Notes: generated by a model from the sequence alone, not told the origin. A stretch of 64,000 nt of DNA from an uncultured delta proteobacterium (GCA_963847445.1 CAWJZV010000024.1:64001-128000); one strand, 5' to 3'; shown: positions 1-10,122, counted from the stretch's first letter. Made by a program: numbers and translations.

Positions 1-2
1 CC

Positions 3-665
3 AACCATTACACGATCTACACGCGCAAGGAGCTGGGCGCCAATAACGTCGAGAAACTGCGCGCCTTAAGCGGCATGCGCATCGGCGCCCAATCGGTGGG
101 TCATGTGTCCTACATCGCCGGGCGGCTTTTTGCCTATCTTTTCGGGTTAAAGCAGCCGCAGTTTATTGCCGGATACACGGCGCCGGAAGTCGACGCGGCG
201 CTCTTGCGCGGCGAGCTCGATGCGCGGGCGAACAACGCCGCGTCGGTGTTGCGGCGCAATCCGGATTGGCTCGATAAAGGGGACATGGATTTTCACTCCA
301 TCATGGAAGTGCCCAAGGGGATCAAGCATGCCAAGCTCGGCCATCTGCCGGAGATCGAGAGCTTCGCCAAGAACGACAAAGAAAAAAAGCTGGTCGCCAT
401 GTGGCGTGGGTTCCGGCTCGTCGGCTCGCCCTACATGCTGCCGCCGGGAACACCCAAAGATCGCGTCGACGTGCTGGAGGATGCCTTTCGCAAGACCTAT
501 CGAGATACGGAGTTTCGCAAAGACTTTCTGAAACTGGTCGGCGATGACGCCGAACCGATGATGCCTGAAGAACTCGCAAAGGTGATCCGCGAGATACCGC
601 GCGATGCTGAGGTCGTCGAATTATTGAGAAGTCTGGCCGGTGCGCGGCCGCTGCCGGCGCGGTGA
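3..665 (+). CDS. TctC/Bug-family tripartite tricarboxylate transporter substrate-binding protein (5' truncated by window edge)
   Basis: Frame open from base 3; RIGAQSVGH, GYTAPEVDAALLRGELDAR, PPGTPKDRV and the C-terminal PLPAR match the paralogs at 3105-7750; lies upstream of tctA/tctB. Confidence 0.85.
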   Translation, partial: NHYTIYTRKELGANNVEKLRALSGMRIGAQSVGHVSYIAGRLFAYLFGLKQPQFIAGYTAPEVDAALLRGELDARANNAASVLRRNPDWLDKGDMDFHSIMEVPKGIKHAKLGHLPEIESFAKNDKEKKLVAMWRGFRLVGSPYMLPPGTPKDRVDVLEDAFRKTYRDTEFRKDFLKLVGDDAEPMMPEELAKVIREIPRDAEVVELLRSLAGARPLPAR

Positions 666-939
666 AGCACCGAGTTCAAATCGTTCAACCGCGGCCCTGC
701 GATTGCCCTCATGGCGGTAAGGCTCTCGCCACCAGGCTCCGTTCAAACGTTTCGCACAGCGCACGGCACCCAAGTAGTTTGCGGGATTAAAAGCCCAATC
801 CCAGTTGCACGAACCGGCTGTGACACTGTATAAGTGCGCTGCAACTTCGCACGGTACGCCGGAGTTGGGGAATCAGCTAAAGACCGAAACGCATTAAATC
901 GCTGGACCGCGAACCACGGCAATTTCGCCACAAGGATCA

Positions 940-2475
940 TTGTTCATGGACAGTTCACTGTTCGACGCCGCCATCAAAGGTTTCTTAAACATTCTGCAGC
1001 TCAAAGTGTTCTTCGCCATGGCCATGGGCGTTGGCATTGGCACCTTCACCGCCGTGGCGCCGCAGGGACTGGGCATGCCGCTGGTTTATGCCATCGCATT
1101 GCCGGTGGTGATCAAATGGGAGCCGGTGACCGGCATCGCGTTTTTGATCGGCGCCAGCTCGGTGAGCGCCATCTGCGCCGCCTATCTGCCGATCCTATTC
1201 GGCATCCCCGGCGGCTCGGGCTCCCAAGCCACCGTGCTCGACGGTTATCCGATGGGTAAGAAAGGCGAAGGCCGGCGCGCTCTCGGCGCGTCCTTCATGG
1301 CCGGCGGCATGGGCGCCTTGATCGGGACACTGACTCTGATGGTCGCGATTCCGGCGGCCAAACCGTTAATTTATTTAATGGGCTCGCCGGAGCTGTTCGT
1401 CATCATGCTGTGGGGCTTGAGCATGGTCGCCGTGCTCGCCGGCAGCCGGCCGCTCAAGGGACTGATCGCCACCGCCTTGGGTCTGTTGCTCGCCACCGTC
1501 GGTCAGCAAGCGCAGAGCGGCGTCATGCGTTTCGTCTACGACCAACCCTACTTGCTCGACGGCATGTCGATCAGCATCATGGCCCTGGCTTTGTTCGGCG
1601 TGCCCTCCGCCCTCGATCTCGCCTTGACCAAGTTGGGCGTCGAGCAACAGCCGGTGCCGCTCAAAGGCAGTCTGTTCGACGGCGTCAGAGACGCGCTGCG
1701 CGAGTGGTGGCTGGTGTTGCGCTGTAGCTTCGTCGGCGTCTGGGTCGGCATCGTGCCCGGCTTGGGCTCGCAGGTGGTCGACTGGCTCGCCTATGGCCAT
1801 GCCGCGCAAACTTGCAAAGGCGGCCGGGAAACTTTCGGCACCGGCGATGTCCGCGGCGTGATCGCGCCGGAGAGCGCCAACGACGCCAAGGACGGCGGCG
1901 ATTTGGTGACGACCCTGCTCTTGGGCTTTCCCCAAGGCGTCGTCACGGCGCTGTTCATCGTCGCGCTGCTGGCCTGGGGATTCGTCCCCGGTCCTGAGAT
2001 GATCAAGAAAAATCCCGAAGTCATTTACAGCGTCGTCTGGCTTCAGGGCATCTCCGGCATCGTCGGCACCCTGGTCGGCTTTTGCCTGGCCAGCCAGCTC
2101 GCCAAGCTCGCCGAGGTGCGCTACACCTTCATGGTTCCGATCATGTTCATGTTCATCCTGATGGGCGCCTTCAGCGTCAACCGCGATCCGCTCGATCTCG
2201 TCGTGGTCGTCGGCTTCGGCATCCTCGGTTACTTCATGCGCCGCGCCGGCTATCCGCGCCCGGCGATGATCCTGGGTCTGGTGCTGGGCGATCTGATGGA
2301 AAAATATCTTTACCGCTCGGTGGCGAGCTACGGCTATAGTTGGCTCAGCCGTCCCGCCGTCATCGTGCTTTTCATCATCGCCGGCGGCTCGCTCTATCTG
2401 ACGCTGCGCGGCAAGACTAAAAGCGAGCAAGAAAGATTCCACGGCGACCTTCAGCGGCGCCATCGCGAGGTCTGA
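940..2475 (+). CDS. tctA: Tripartite tricarboxylate transporter permease TctA
   Basis: 511-aa multi-TM protein with ILFGIPG, ATVLDGYPMGKKGEGRRALG and GVIAPESANDA TctA motifs; start may be ATG 946. Confidence 0.93.
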   Translation: MFMDSSLFDAAIKGFLNILQLKVFFAMAMGVGIGTFTAVAPQGLGMPLVYAIALPVVIKWEPVTGIAFLIGASSVSAICAAYLPILFGIPGGSGSQATVLDGYPMGKKGEGRRALGASFMAGGMGALIGTLTLMVAIPAAKPLIYLMGSPELFVIMLWGLSMVAVLAGSRPLKGLIATALGLLLATVGQQAQSGVMRFVYDQPYLLDGMSISIMALALFGVPSALDLALTKLGVEQQPVPLKGSLFDGVRDALREWWLVLRCSFVGVWVGIVPGLGSQVVDWLAYGHAAQTCKGGRETFGTGDVRGVIAPESANDAKDGGDLVTTLLLGFPQGVVTALFIVALLAWGFVPGPEMIKKNPEVIYSVVWLQGISGIVGTLVGFCLASQLAKLAEVRYTFMVPIMFMFILMGAFSVNRDPLDLVVVVGFGILGYFMRRAGYPRPAMILGLVLGDLMEKYLYRSVASYGYSWLSRPAVIVLFIIAGGSLYLTLRGKTKSEQERFHGDLQRRHREV

Positions 2476-2477
2476 CA

Positions 2478-2945
2478 ATGAAGATTAATTTCGCGCTATT
2501 CTTACTCATTATCTTCGCCGTCGCCACGGTGTCCGGTTGGGGCTGGCCCGACATCGCCAAGATCATGCCGGTCTATGTCGCCGCCATGCCAGGGCTCGTG
2601 ATGATCATCGTCCAGATCTATCGCGAGGCCACCGGCTGGGAGACCAGCCGCAACGCCACCGGCATGGACATGGACGAGAGCGGCGAAAATCAGTTGGACG
2701 AAGCCACCGCACGCAAGCGCACGCTGGCGTTCTTTGCTTGGTTCATCGGCGGCGCATTGGGAATCTGGCTGATCGGCATCGTCTACGCTTTGCCGCTATT
2801 GGTTTTTCTCTACGCTCTGCTCCAAGGCAAGGAAAAGTTGCTCACATCGCTGATTATCGGCGGCTGCGCCTATTTACTGATCTGGGGTTTGTTTGAATAT
2901 ATGCTCGAGACCCGCTGGCCGTCCGGAATACTGTTCGGCTATTGA
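2478..2945 (+). CDS. tctB: TctB-family small membrane subunit
   Basis: 155 aa, about 4 TM segments, C-terminal LF-x6-WPSG motif, 2 nt after tctA. Confidence 0.85.
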   Translation: MKINFALFLLIIFAVATVSGWGWPDIAKIMPVYVAAMPGLVMIIVQIYREATGWETSRNATGMDMDESGENQLDEATARKRTLAFFAWFIGGALGIWLIGIVYALPLLVFLYALLQGKEKLLTSLIIGGCAYLLIWGLFEYMLETRWPSGILFGY

Positions 2946-2953
2946 TACTGGGG

Positions 2954-3087
2954 GTTCAAAACGTTCAATCCGTTCAACCGCTATCGTTCCGTCAAGCCCC
3001 CTCGCAGGCTCGATCCTCCCCCGTGACACGGGGGAGGACCAGAGGTGGGGGCTTGAAGCAGATTTGAACGACTTGAACGTTTTGAAC
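2954..3087. repeat. Composite palindromic intergenic element (GTTCAA x3-4 / GC-rich hairpin / TTGAAC x3)
   Basis: 9-nt-period GTTCAA repeats on the left, core CCTCCCCCGTG-A-CACGGGGGAGG, TTGAAC repeats on the right; near-copies at 4153 and 5363. Confidence 0.9.
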
Positions 3088-3104
3088 CTGTTTAGGAGTA
3101 GTTA

Positions 3105-4143
3105 ATGCTCAAGTGTTTCACTCTTGTCGCTTACATCTTACTTTCGCTGACTGCCGCGTCCGCCCAGACCCCGTATTTTCAGGGCAAGACGATCAAGATC
3201 GTTCGCGGCGGCGAGCCCGGCGGCACCGGTGACATGCAAGCGCGCGCAGTCATTCCCTTCTTGAAAAAACATATTCCCGGCAACCCGACGATCATCGTCG
3301 AAAACATGCCGGGTGCGGCGGGACGCAAAGCCGCCAACCATATTTACTCGACGGCGAAACCCGACGGGCTGTCGATCGGCGCGGTGGGCGCCGGCCTGGT
3401 CGCCGGTCAGATTCTTGAATTGGCCGGCTCGCAATACGACATCGAAAAGCTGATCTACTTGGGCTCCACCGAAAGCGGCGATCCCTACGTCTTCGTCGGC
3501 CGCAAGGACGCCGGTCTCGATACTCTCGATAAACTGCGCGCCGTCATCGGGGATCAGGATCGGCGCCCAAGCCGTGGGCCATCCGGTCTATGTCAGCGGC
3601 AGGCTGTTCGCCTATCTGCTCGGCTTGAAAGAACCGAGAATGGTGCTCGGTTACGGCGGTCCGGAAATGGACATTGCGATGGCGAAGGGAGAAATCGATG
3701 TGCGCGCCAATGGCGCGGATACGGTACTGCAGCGCAACAAAGAGCAGCTCGAAAAAGGCTTCTACCAATTTCACGCGTCGATCTCGATACCCAAGGGGCG
3801 CTACGCCGTCGGCCTGCCGAAAGCGCCGGAGTTGGAGAGCTTTGCCAAGAACGATCAAGAGCGCCAGCTGATCAATCTGTTTCGCACATTTCTCTATCCG
3901 CGCTGGCCCTATCTCTTGCCGCCGGCCACGCCCAAGGAAATCGTCGCGATCCTGCGCGGCGCCATGACCAAAGCGTTGAAAGATCCCGAGTTCCACAAAG
4001 AGTTCAAAAAACTCATGGCCACCGACGCCACGCCGCTCACCGGCGAGGAACTGGAAACCGCGATCAAAGAGCTGCCGCGCGATCCGGAAATCGTCGCGCT
4101 GTACAAAAAAATCGCCGATCAGGGGCCGCTTCCCGCGCGCTAA
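3105..4143 (+). CDS. TctC-family substrate-binding protein (frameshift near 3545-3555)
   Basis: Signal peptide plus AQTPYFQGKTI...GGTGD...ENMPGAAG in ORF 3105, continued by ORF 3574..4143 ending GPLPAR. Confidence 0.85.
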
Positions 4144-4152
4144 AACAGAGGA

Positions 4153-4282
4153 GTTCAAAACGTTCAAACCGTTCAACGCTACGCTCCGTTCAATCCCTTC
4201 AACGCTCATGTTCCTCCCCCGCGACGCGGGGGAGGATCGAGGAGGGGGCTTGAGCGATTTGAACGGCTTGAACGTTTTGAAC
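4153..4282. repeat. Composite palindromic intergenic element (GTTCAA/TTGAAC family)
   Basis: Same architecture as 2954-3087; core CCTCCCCCGCG-A-CGCGGGGGAGG. Confidence 0.9.
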
Positions 4283-4313
4283 GATACAGGCTTGATGTAA
4301 GAAGGAGGAGTTT

Positions 4314-5352
4314 ATGCTGAAACGCTTCACTCTCGTCGCTTACATTTTGTTCTCGGTAAATTCCGCGTCCGCCCAGACGCCCTTCTACCAGGGCAAAACC
4401 CTCACCATCGTTCAGGGCACGGAAGCGGGCGGCAGTTCCGACACTCAGACTCGCGCGCTGCTCCCCTATCTGAAAAAACATATTCCCGGCGAGCCCAACA
4501 TCGTCTCCGAGTACATGCCCGGTGGCGGCGGCATGAAAGCCGCCAATCATATTTTCAAGGGCGTCCGGCCCGATGGCTTGACCATCGGCCGCAGTCGGCG
4601 GCGGTCTGGTCGCCAATGCCGTCCTCGGCGAGAAGGGCGTGCTTGTACGATCTCAGCAAGTTTATTTATCTCGGTTCGCCGCACAGCACCTACCATTGGG
4701 TTTTCATCACGCGCAAAGAAGCGGGGCTGAAAAATATCGAAGCCCTGCGCTCGGCGACGGGAGTGAGAATCGGCGCGCAAACCGTCGGCCACTCAAACTA
4801 CTTCGTCGGCCGTTTGTTCGCGCATCTGATCGGCTTCAAAGATCCCAAAATGGTCGTCGGTTACTCCGGCACCGAGCTCGACATTGCGCTGATGAGCGGC
4901 GAGATCGACGGCCGGATCAACAATCCCGACACCTTGGCGATCCGCAACGCCGAGTGGCTCGCCAAAGGCATGATCGATATCCACGCGATCATGGAAGTGC
5001 CGCGCGGCCTCAAACAACCGGGCTTCGACCGCTTGCCCGAAATCGAAGAGTTCGCCAAATCGAGCGCGAGAAAAGGCTGCTGGCAATGGTGCGCGCTTTC
5101 CGGCAATTCGGCACGCCGTCATTCTTCCCGCCGGGCACGCCGCCGGAACCGGTAAAAATTCTTCGCGCCGCAACCGCGAAAATGTATAGCGATCCGGACT
5201 TTCACAAAGAGTACAAGAAACTGGTCGGTGAAGAGCCGACGCCGCTGTTGGGTGAAGATATGGAGCGCGTGATCAAAGAACTGCCACGCGACCCGGAGAC
5301 CGTCGAGCTGTTTAAGAAGCTCAACGCCGCCGGGCCAGTGCCGGCGCGCTAA
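4314..5352 (+). CDS. TctC-family substrate-binding protein (frameshifts near 4590-4640 and 5060)
   Basis: Three consecutive ORF pieces (4314, 4616, end of 4639) join into one TctC ending GPVPAR; AGGAGG RBS upstream. Confidence 0.82.
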
Positions 5353-5362
5353 CGCGCAAGCA

Positions 5363-5490
5363 GTTCAAAACGTTCAAGTCGTTCAACCGCTGCGCTCCGT
5401 TCAATCCCCCTCCTCCGATCCTCCCCCGTGACACGGGGGAGGATCAGAGGAGGGGGCTTGAGCGATTTGAACGGCTTGAACGATTTGAAC
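5363..5490. repeat. Composite palindromic intergenic element (GTTCAA/TTGAAC family)
   Basis: Near-perfect long hairpin CCCCCTCCTCCGATCCTCCCCCGTG-A-CACGGGGGAGGATCAGAGGAGGGGG flanked by GTTCAA and TTGAAC arrays. Confidence 0.92.
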
Positions 5491-5506
5491 GTGTTAAGGG
5501 GAAAAC

Positions 5507-6547
5507 ATGCTAAAGACATTCGCACTCGTAATTTTTATCTTATCGACGTTAAGCTCCGCCCACGCCCAGACGCCCTTTTATCAAGGCAAACATATTCTGC
5601 TCATCGTCGGCTCAGGCCCCGGCGGCATGGGCGACCTGCGCGCCAAGGCGCTGGCGGCGGGTTTGACGCGCCACATTCCCGGTAATCCGCCGATCGTTTT
5701 TCAGTACATGGGTGGCGCCGGCGGGCGCCGAGCGGCCAATCAAATCTACAATACCTCCAAGCCCGATGGGCTCACGCTGCTGCGCGTCACCAGCAGCATC
5801 ATTCCCTACGCCGTTCTCGGCGAGCCAGGTGTGCAGTACGACATCGATAAATTGAATTATCTCGGCGCCACCGAACATCAGTTGTATTATATGTTAGTCA
5901 CGCGCAAAGGCGCCGGCATCAATAGTTTGGAAAAACTCCGCAGCACACCCGGCATTCGCATCGGCAGCAGCCCGGTGGGCCACACCGGTTACTTGCAGAT
6001 CCGCATGCTCGCTTATCTGCTCGACATGAAAGATCCCAAAATCGTGCCCGGCTATGAAGGCAAAGATTTGGATGTCGCCATGGCCGCCGGCGAAGTCGAC
6101 GGTCGCATCGCTTCAACGGGGACGGTATCGCAAAACGACCTGTTATCGAAAAATCTCGCCGACTTTCACGTCGGCCTGGGAATACCGGCCAGCTACAAAG
6201 ACCCGCGCTTCGCACACCTGAAGCTGCCGGACCTCAGCAGCTTCGCCAAGTCGGAGAAGGAACGAAAACTCCTGACGATGGCGGAAGGCTTTCGCGTCGT
6301 CGGCACGATCCTCACCGCCCCGCCAGGGACGCCCAAAGAACGTCTCGACACTCTCAAAGAAGCCGTGCGCAAAACCTACGCCGATCCGCAGTTCGCCGCC
6401 GACTATAAACGCCTCACCGGCGGCGACGACCCATCGCCGCTACTGCCCGACGACCAAGCCAAAATCGTCCGCGGCATCCCGCGCGATCCGGAGATCATCG
6501 AGCTGTTCAAGAAATTCGCCTCGACGGCGGCGCTGCCGCCGCGCTGA
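5507..6547 (+). CDS. TctC-family substrate-binding protein
   Basis: Intact 346 aa; signal peptide, AQTPFYQGK, PGGMGD, KPDGLTL, APPGTP. Confidence 0.9.
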   Translation: MLKTFALVIFILSTLSSAHAQTPFYQGKHILLIVGSGPGGMGDLRAKALAAGLTRHIPGNPPIVFQYMGGAGGRRAANQIYNTSKPDGLTLLRVTSSIIPYAVLGEPGVQYDIDKLNYLGATEHQLYYMLVTRKGAGINSLEKLRSTPGIRIGSSPVGHTGYLQIRMLAYLLDMKDPKIVPGYEGKDLDVAMAAGEVDGRIASTGTVSQNDLLSKNLADFHVGLGIPASYKDPRFAHLKLPDLSSFAKSEKERKLLTMAEGFRVVGTILTAPPGTPKERLDTLKEAVRKTYADPQFAADYKRLTGGDDPSPLLPDDQAKIVRGIPRDPEIIELFKKFASTAALPPR

Positions 6548-6766
6548 GGTGGCAGTTCAACGTCAAGCAGTTCAAAACCGTTTGAACGGAGCGGAGCGTC
6601 GGAATCTAAAGTCTCGACTCAAGATGTCAAGGAGGTAATTCATGACGCGAGGCATAAGGAACTTGCCATGAAATTTGCAAGGTACACGCGGCTTAAAGGG
6701 TTTCTCGACCGCGTGCAGCGTTCTGCACGTTGAACTCTTGAACCCCTTGAACCTTGTCCGGGCGCC

Positions 6767-7750
6767 TTGGCGCAAGCGCCCTTCTACCAGGGTAAGACTA
6801 TTACCCTCATCGTCGGCTTGAGTCCGGGAGGCACTGGTGATTTGAGGATCAAAGCGACCTTGCCGTATCTGAGCAAGTATATTCCCGGCAATCCCAACAT
6901 CGTCGCGCAACATGTCGCCGGCGCTGGCGGCCGAACCGCGGCGAATCAGATGTACAAGCAGGTTAAGCCCGACGGTCTCACCATCGGCAATCCGGGCGCG
7001 TCGATGGTGACCAACGCCGTCCTCGGCGCCGCCGGGGTGGAATACGATGTCGATAAATTCATCTACCTCGGCTCCCCCGACACGATCGTCCACTGGGTGT
7101 TTGCGACCAGGAAAGAAGCCGGCCTCAACACAATCGAAAAACTCCGATCGGCGTCGGGCCTGAGGACCGGCGCTCAATCCATCGGCCATACGATCTACAT
7201 CACCGGCCGGCTTTTTGTCTGGATATTGGGAGTTAAAGAGCCGAAATTCGTCGTCGGCTATAGCGGCCCTGAGATCGACATCGCCCTATTGCGCGGCGAG
7301 GTCGATGCTCGAGCAAACTTAGCCGACACGCTCGTCCAGCGAAACGCCGATTGGTTGGACAAGGGTGTCGTCGACTTCCACAGTATTATCGATGTTCCCA
7401 AGGGAAATCGACACCCGCGTTTCGCCCACTTGCCTGAGCTCGAGGGATTTGCCAAATCGGATCGCGAGAGAAAAGTCCTGGCGATGCAGCGCGGCCTCAG
7501 ACAAGTAGGCTCACCTTACGTTTTCCCTCCCGGCGTGCCCAAGGATCGGGTAGAAATCTTGCGCAATGCGATGCGGAAAACTTTTGAGGACCCGGCGTTC
7601 CATAGCGATTTTAAAAAGCTCGCCGGTGAGCAGGCCACCCCGACCATGGCCGAAGAACAGGAGAAGGTCGTGCGGGAAATCCCGCGCGAGAGCGAGATCA
7701 TCGAGCTGTTCAAAAAAATTTCCGGCGAAGGACCGTTGCCGGGGCGATAG
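6767..7750 (+). CDS. TctC-family substrate-binding protein (signal-peptide region upstream, about 6668-6766, out of frame)
   Basis: AQAPFYQGKTITLIVG...PGGTGD...; upstream AGGAGG and ATGs at 6642/6668 suggest a frameshifted N-terminus. Confidence 0.85.
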   Translation: MAQAPFYQGKTITLIVGLSPGGTGDLRIKATLPYLSKYIPGNPNIVAQHVAGAGGRTAANQMYKQVKPDGLTIGNPGASMVTNAVLGAAGVEYDVDKFIYLGSPDTIVHWVFATRKEAGLNTIEKLRSASGLRTGAQSIGHTIYITGRLFVWILGVKEPKFVVGYSGPEIDIALLRGEVDARANLADTLVQRNADWLDKGVVDFHSIIDVPKGNRHPRFAHLPELEGFAKSDRERKVLAMQRGLRQVGSPYVFPPGVPKDRVEILRNAMRKTFEDPAFHSDFKKLAGEQATPTMAEEQEKVVREIPRESEIIELFKKISGEGPLPGR

Positions 7751-7997
7751 ATTGAACAGGTTCAAAACGTTCCCTTCGGCGGGCTCAAGGCCTGAGTTTA
7801 TCGAAGGCAAGTCGTTCAAGCGCCGCTCAGTTCAGGCTCTCCGTGCAAAGCGGTAAAGCTGCCATTGCTTTGCAGCAATGAATCGGCATTCACCTTGCAG
7901 CTGGCATTGGCAGACATTTATATCGCTAAAGGTAGGTCTTTTATGCATGTAGGTTATGCCGATAGACCCGAGATTTCCCATGGTGTAAAGTCGCTGC

Positions 7998-8279
7998 ATG
8001 GCACTCGATTTCGAGTGGGATCCGGCTAAGGCTGAAGCCAACCTGAAAGAACATGGAGTCTCTTTCGACGAAGCGACGACAATTTTCCGTGACACGCTTT
8101 CAATTACCATCTCGGACCCGGATCACTCCGATTCTGAAGATCGCTTTATCGATATCGGCATGTCTCATCGTATGCAATTGCTCGTGGTGTCGTACACAGA
8201 ACGCCAAGATAAGATTCGAATCATAAGTGCACGACAACCAACTCGGGCTGAACGGAGAAGCTATGAAGAAACAAACTAG
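7998..8279 (+). CDS. brnT: BrnT-family type II toxin (ribonuclease)
   Basis: FEWDPAKAEANLKEHGVSF...EDRF...IRIISAR signature. Confidence 0.92.
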   Translation: MALDFEWDPAKAEANLKEHGVSFDEATTIFRDTLSITISDPDHSDSEDRFIDIGMSHRMQLLVVSYTERQDKIRIISARQPTRAERRSYEETN

Positions 8280-8505
8280 ACGGAAGCCGTCGGCAAGCAG
8301 TGATACGATGCGTCCGGAATACGACTTCAGCAAAGGGGTGCGAGGTAAGCACGCCGCAAGTTACGCCGAAGGTACTAATGTGGTCGTTCTGGAAGCCGAC
8401 GTCGCACGCGAGTTCCGAACCACTGAGCAAGTGAACGAAACCCTGCGTGCAGTTTCAAAACTGCTTCAACTACGGCGAAAACCACCGCGCCGGACGACGG
8501 CCTAA
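8263..8505 (+). CDS. BrnA-like antitoxin
   Basis: Overlaps the brnT 3' end; MRPEYDFSKGVRGK...VVLEADVA...VNETLR is typical of antitoxins paired with BrnT. Confidence 0.8.
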   Translation: MKKQTRRKPSASSDTMRPEYDFSKGVRGKHAASYAEGTNVVVLEADVAREFRTTEQVNETLRAVSKLLQLRRKPPRRTTA

Positions 8506-8829
8506 CAAAGCGATGAATCCGGCGCCGCTGCCGAGCGCATCATGGGACTTCGCGTCGCATCTGCCATCATACTTGCGCTCTACTACCATATGGGGCTTAT
8601 GTTCTTTTTCGTCCCTCGTGATGCGAAACCGGCAGACTCGGCCAGCAAAGGGGTTCGCGACGTCTGACCCGCGGCTCAAGACTGATGTCGAAAGCGCTCG
8701 CCTTCCAGGCGCGCTTGTTCGCCACGGCTTAGCCGCATTGCGTTATCGATCCCATTCGCAAGCCCTGCTTGCATATTCCACCGCCCGCATCTCTACCCTC
8801 ATTCGCCGATAGATGATAGTTATCGCCTC

Positions 8830-10104
8830 ATGCGATTAGACCTTGGCTACATTCACATAAAGGACATTCGTTTCGGTGCGGGGACGTCGATTGAAAGCGG
8901 CGTACTGACAATCAACCGCGTGGAAATCATTTCTCTACTCGAACAAGAGCCGCTCTTCGAGCGCGTCGACATCGAACTCGCTCATCCCGGCGAATCCTGC
9001 CGAATCCTGCGCGTGCTCGACGTCCTCGAGCCGCGTTATCGCTTGAACGGTCCCAATTTTCCCGGCGCCCTCGACGGCAACGGTCTGGTCGGCGACGGCG
9101 CGACCCGCGCTTTGAAGAATGTCGCGGTGGTCGAAACCGATCAGACGGCGCCGCGCTCGCGCAACTTGATCGACATGAGCGGACCGGCGGCGGACTATTC
9201 GCCCATCGCCAATACCCACAACGTCGTCCTGCTGCCTTTTCCGAAAAAGGACGTCGATAAAAATGACTATCGTCTTGCCGTCAAGAAAGCCGGTCTCAAA
9301 ACTGCCGCCTATCTCGCCGCGGCGGCGAAGGATTTAAAACCTGACGAAACCCGGGTCTTCGAACTGCCGCCGGTGGCGGCGAATCAAGGGCCGAAGGATC
9401 TGCCGCGCATCGCCTACATCTTTCCGATGCACTCGCATCAGCATCCGACGCAGCAAAAAGAGACGGTCTTTTACGGCAGCAACATCCAGGGCTTCATGCC
9501 CACCGTGGTCCATCCCAATGAGATTCTCGACGGCGCGCTGATGTTTTCCTACTCGGCGTTTACCTGGTTTGCGCAGAATCATCCGGTGATCCTGGAGCTC
9601 TACCGCCGCCATGGCAAAGATCTCTGGTTCGCCGGCGTCGTCCTCACCGTCGCGCCCGCCGTGGTGTCTGAAAAGGAACGCAACGCTTTTCTCAATGCCC
9701 GGCTCGCCAAAGAAGTCTTGAACGCCGACGGCATCCTGTCGACGAAAATCGGCGGCGGCGCCGTCGACACCGATTTGATGATGACCTACACCCGCGCCGA
9801 GGAGATGGGCATGAAGGCCGCTCTGATCATCATGGAGCGCTACCCCGACACTGGCATCACTTTCGTGCCGGAGAATGTCAACGCGCTGATCACACCCGGC
9901 CTGACCCGCGACCCGATCACCCTGCCCGCCGTTGACCGCGTTATCGGCGGCGACACGCTGCACCTGGATAACTCGAACCCAGACAATACAAACCCCGGCC
10001 TTGTGCCGCTGCCGGCGAAGCAGGAGATTACCGTCTGGATGGGCGACCTGGTCGGCGCCATCAGTCAAACCGGCGCATCGCGACTGACGACGTATATGAG
10101 TTAA
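8830..10104 (+). CDS. Glycine/sarcosine/betaine reductase component B non-Sec subunit (GrdE/GrdG/GrdI family)
   Basis: MRLDLGYIHIKDIRFG, ELAHPGESCRI...DVLEPR, IDMSGPAADYSP, PTVVHPNEILDGA, QNHPVILELYRRHGKDL; directly upstream of the grdB-like gene. Confidence 0.88.
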   Translation: MRLDLGYIHIKDIRFGAGTSIESGVLTINRVEIISLLEQEPLFERVDIELAHPGESCRILRVLDVLEPRYRLNGPNFPGALDGNGLVGDGATRALKNVAVVETDQTAPRSRNLIDMSGPAADYSPIANTHNVVLLPFPKKDVDKNDYRLAVKKAGLKTAAYLAAAAKDLKPDETRVFELPPVAANQGPKDLPRIAYIFPMHSHQHPTQQKETVFYGSNIQGFMPTVVHPNEILDGALMFSYSAFTWFAQNHPVILELYRRHGKDLWFAGVVLTVAPAVVSEKERNAFLNARLAKEVLNADGILSTKIGGGAVDTDLMMTYTRAEEMGMKAALIIMERYPDTGITFVPENVNALITPGLTRDPITLPAVDRVIGGDTLHLDNSNPDNTNPGLVPLPAKQEITVWMGDLVGAISQTGASRLTTYMS

Positions 10105-10122
10105 GAAAATGCTTCGGATTGT

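Larger units (their letters stand above)
7953..8525 (+). mobile_element. Integron gene-cassette remnant carrying the TA pair
   Basis: Upstream GTTATGCCG (7953-7961) is 8/9 complementary to CGGCCTAAC (8498-8506), which contains the antitoxin stop codon and is followed by attC-like AAAGCGATGAATCCGGC; the distal half of attC is not recognisable. Confidence 0.5.

Noticed and set aside
750-935. Possible tRNA or riboswitch in the tctA leader
   Set aside because: No cloverleaf, T-loop or recognisable aptamer consensus by eye; an Rfam scan would be needed
1375-2478. Long antisense ORFs (also 18200..19102, 25192..26232, 53392..54378)
   Set aside because: Shadow frames of well-supported genes in GC-rich DNA, with no family motifs
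3545-5070. Programmed frameshifting or phase variation in TctC genes
   Set aside because: No shared slippery motif or long SSR; the same indel pattern affects unrelated genes
2954-5490. Regularly recurring repeats as a CRISPR array
   Set aside because: Units are about 130-bp palindromes separated by 1-kb genes, not 25-45 bp repeats with unique short spacers; no cas genes
7885-7900. Sigma54-like motif CGGCATTCACCTTGCA upstream of brnT
   Set aside because: No enhancer seen, TA operons are normally sigma70-driven, and it lies outside the putative cassette; may be chance
8447-8812. 121-aa ORF after brnA
   Set aside because: Overlaps the attC-like remnant, has no RBS or motif, and atypical composition
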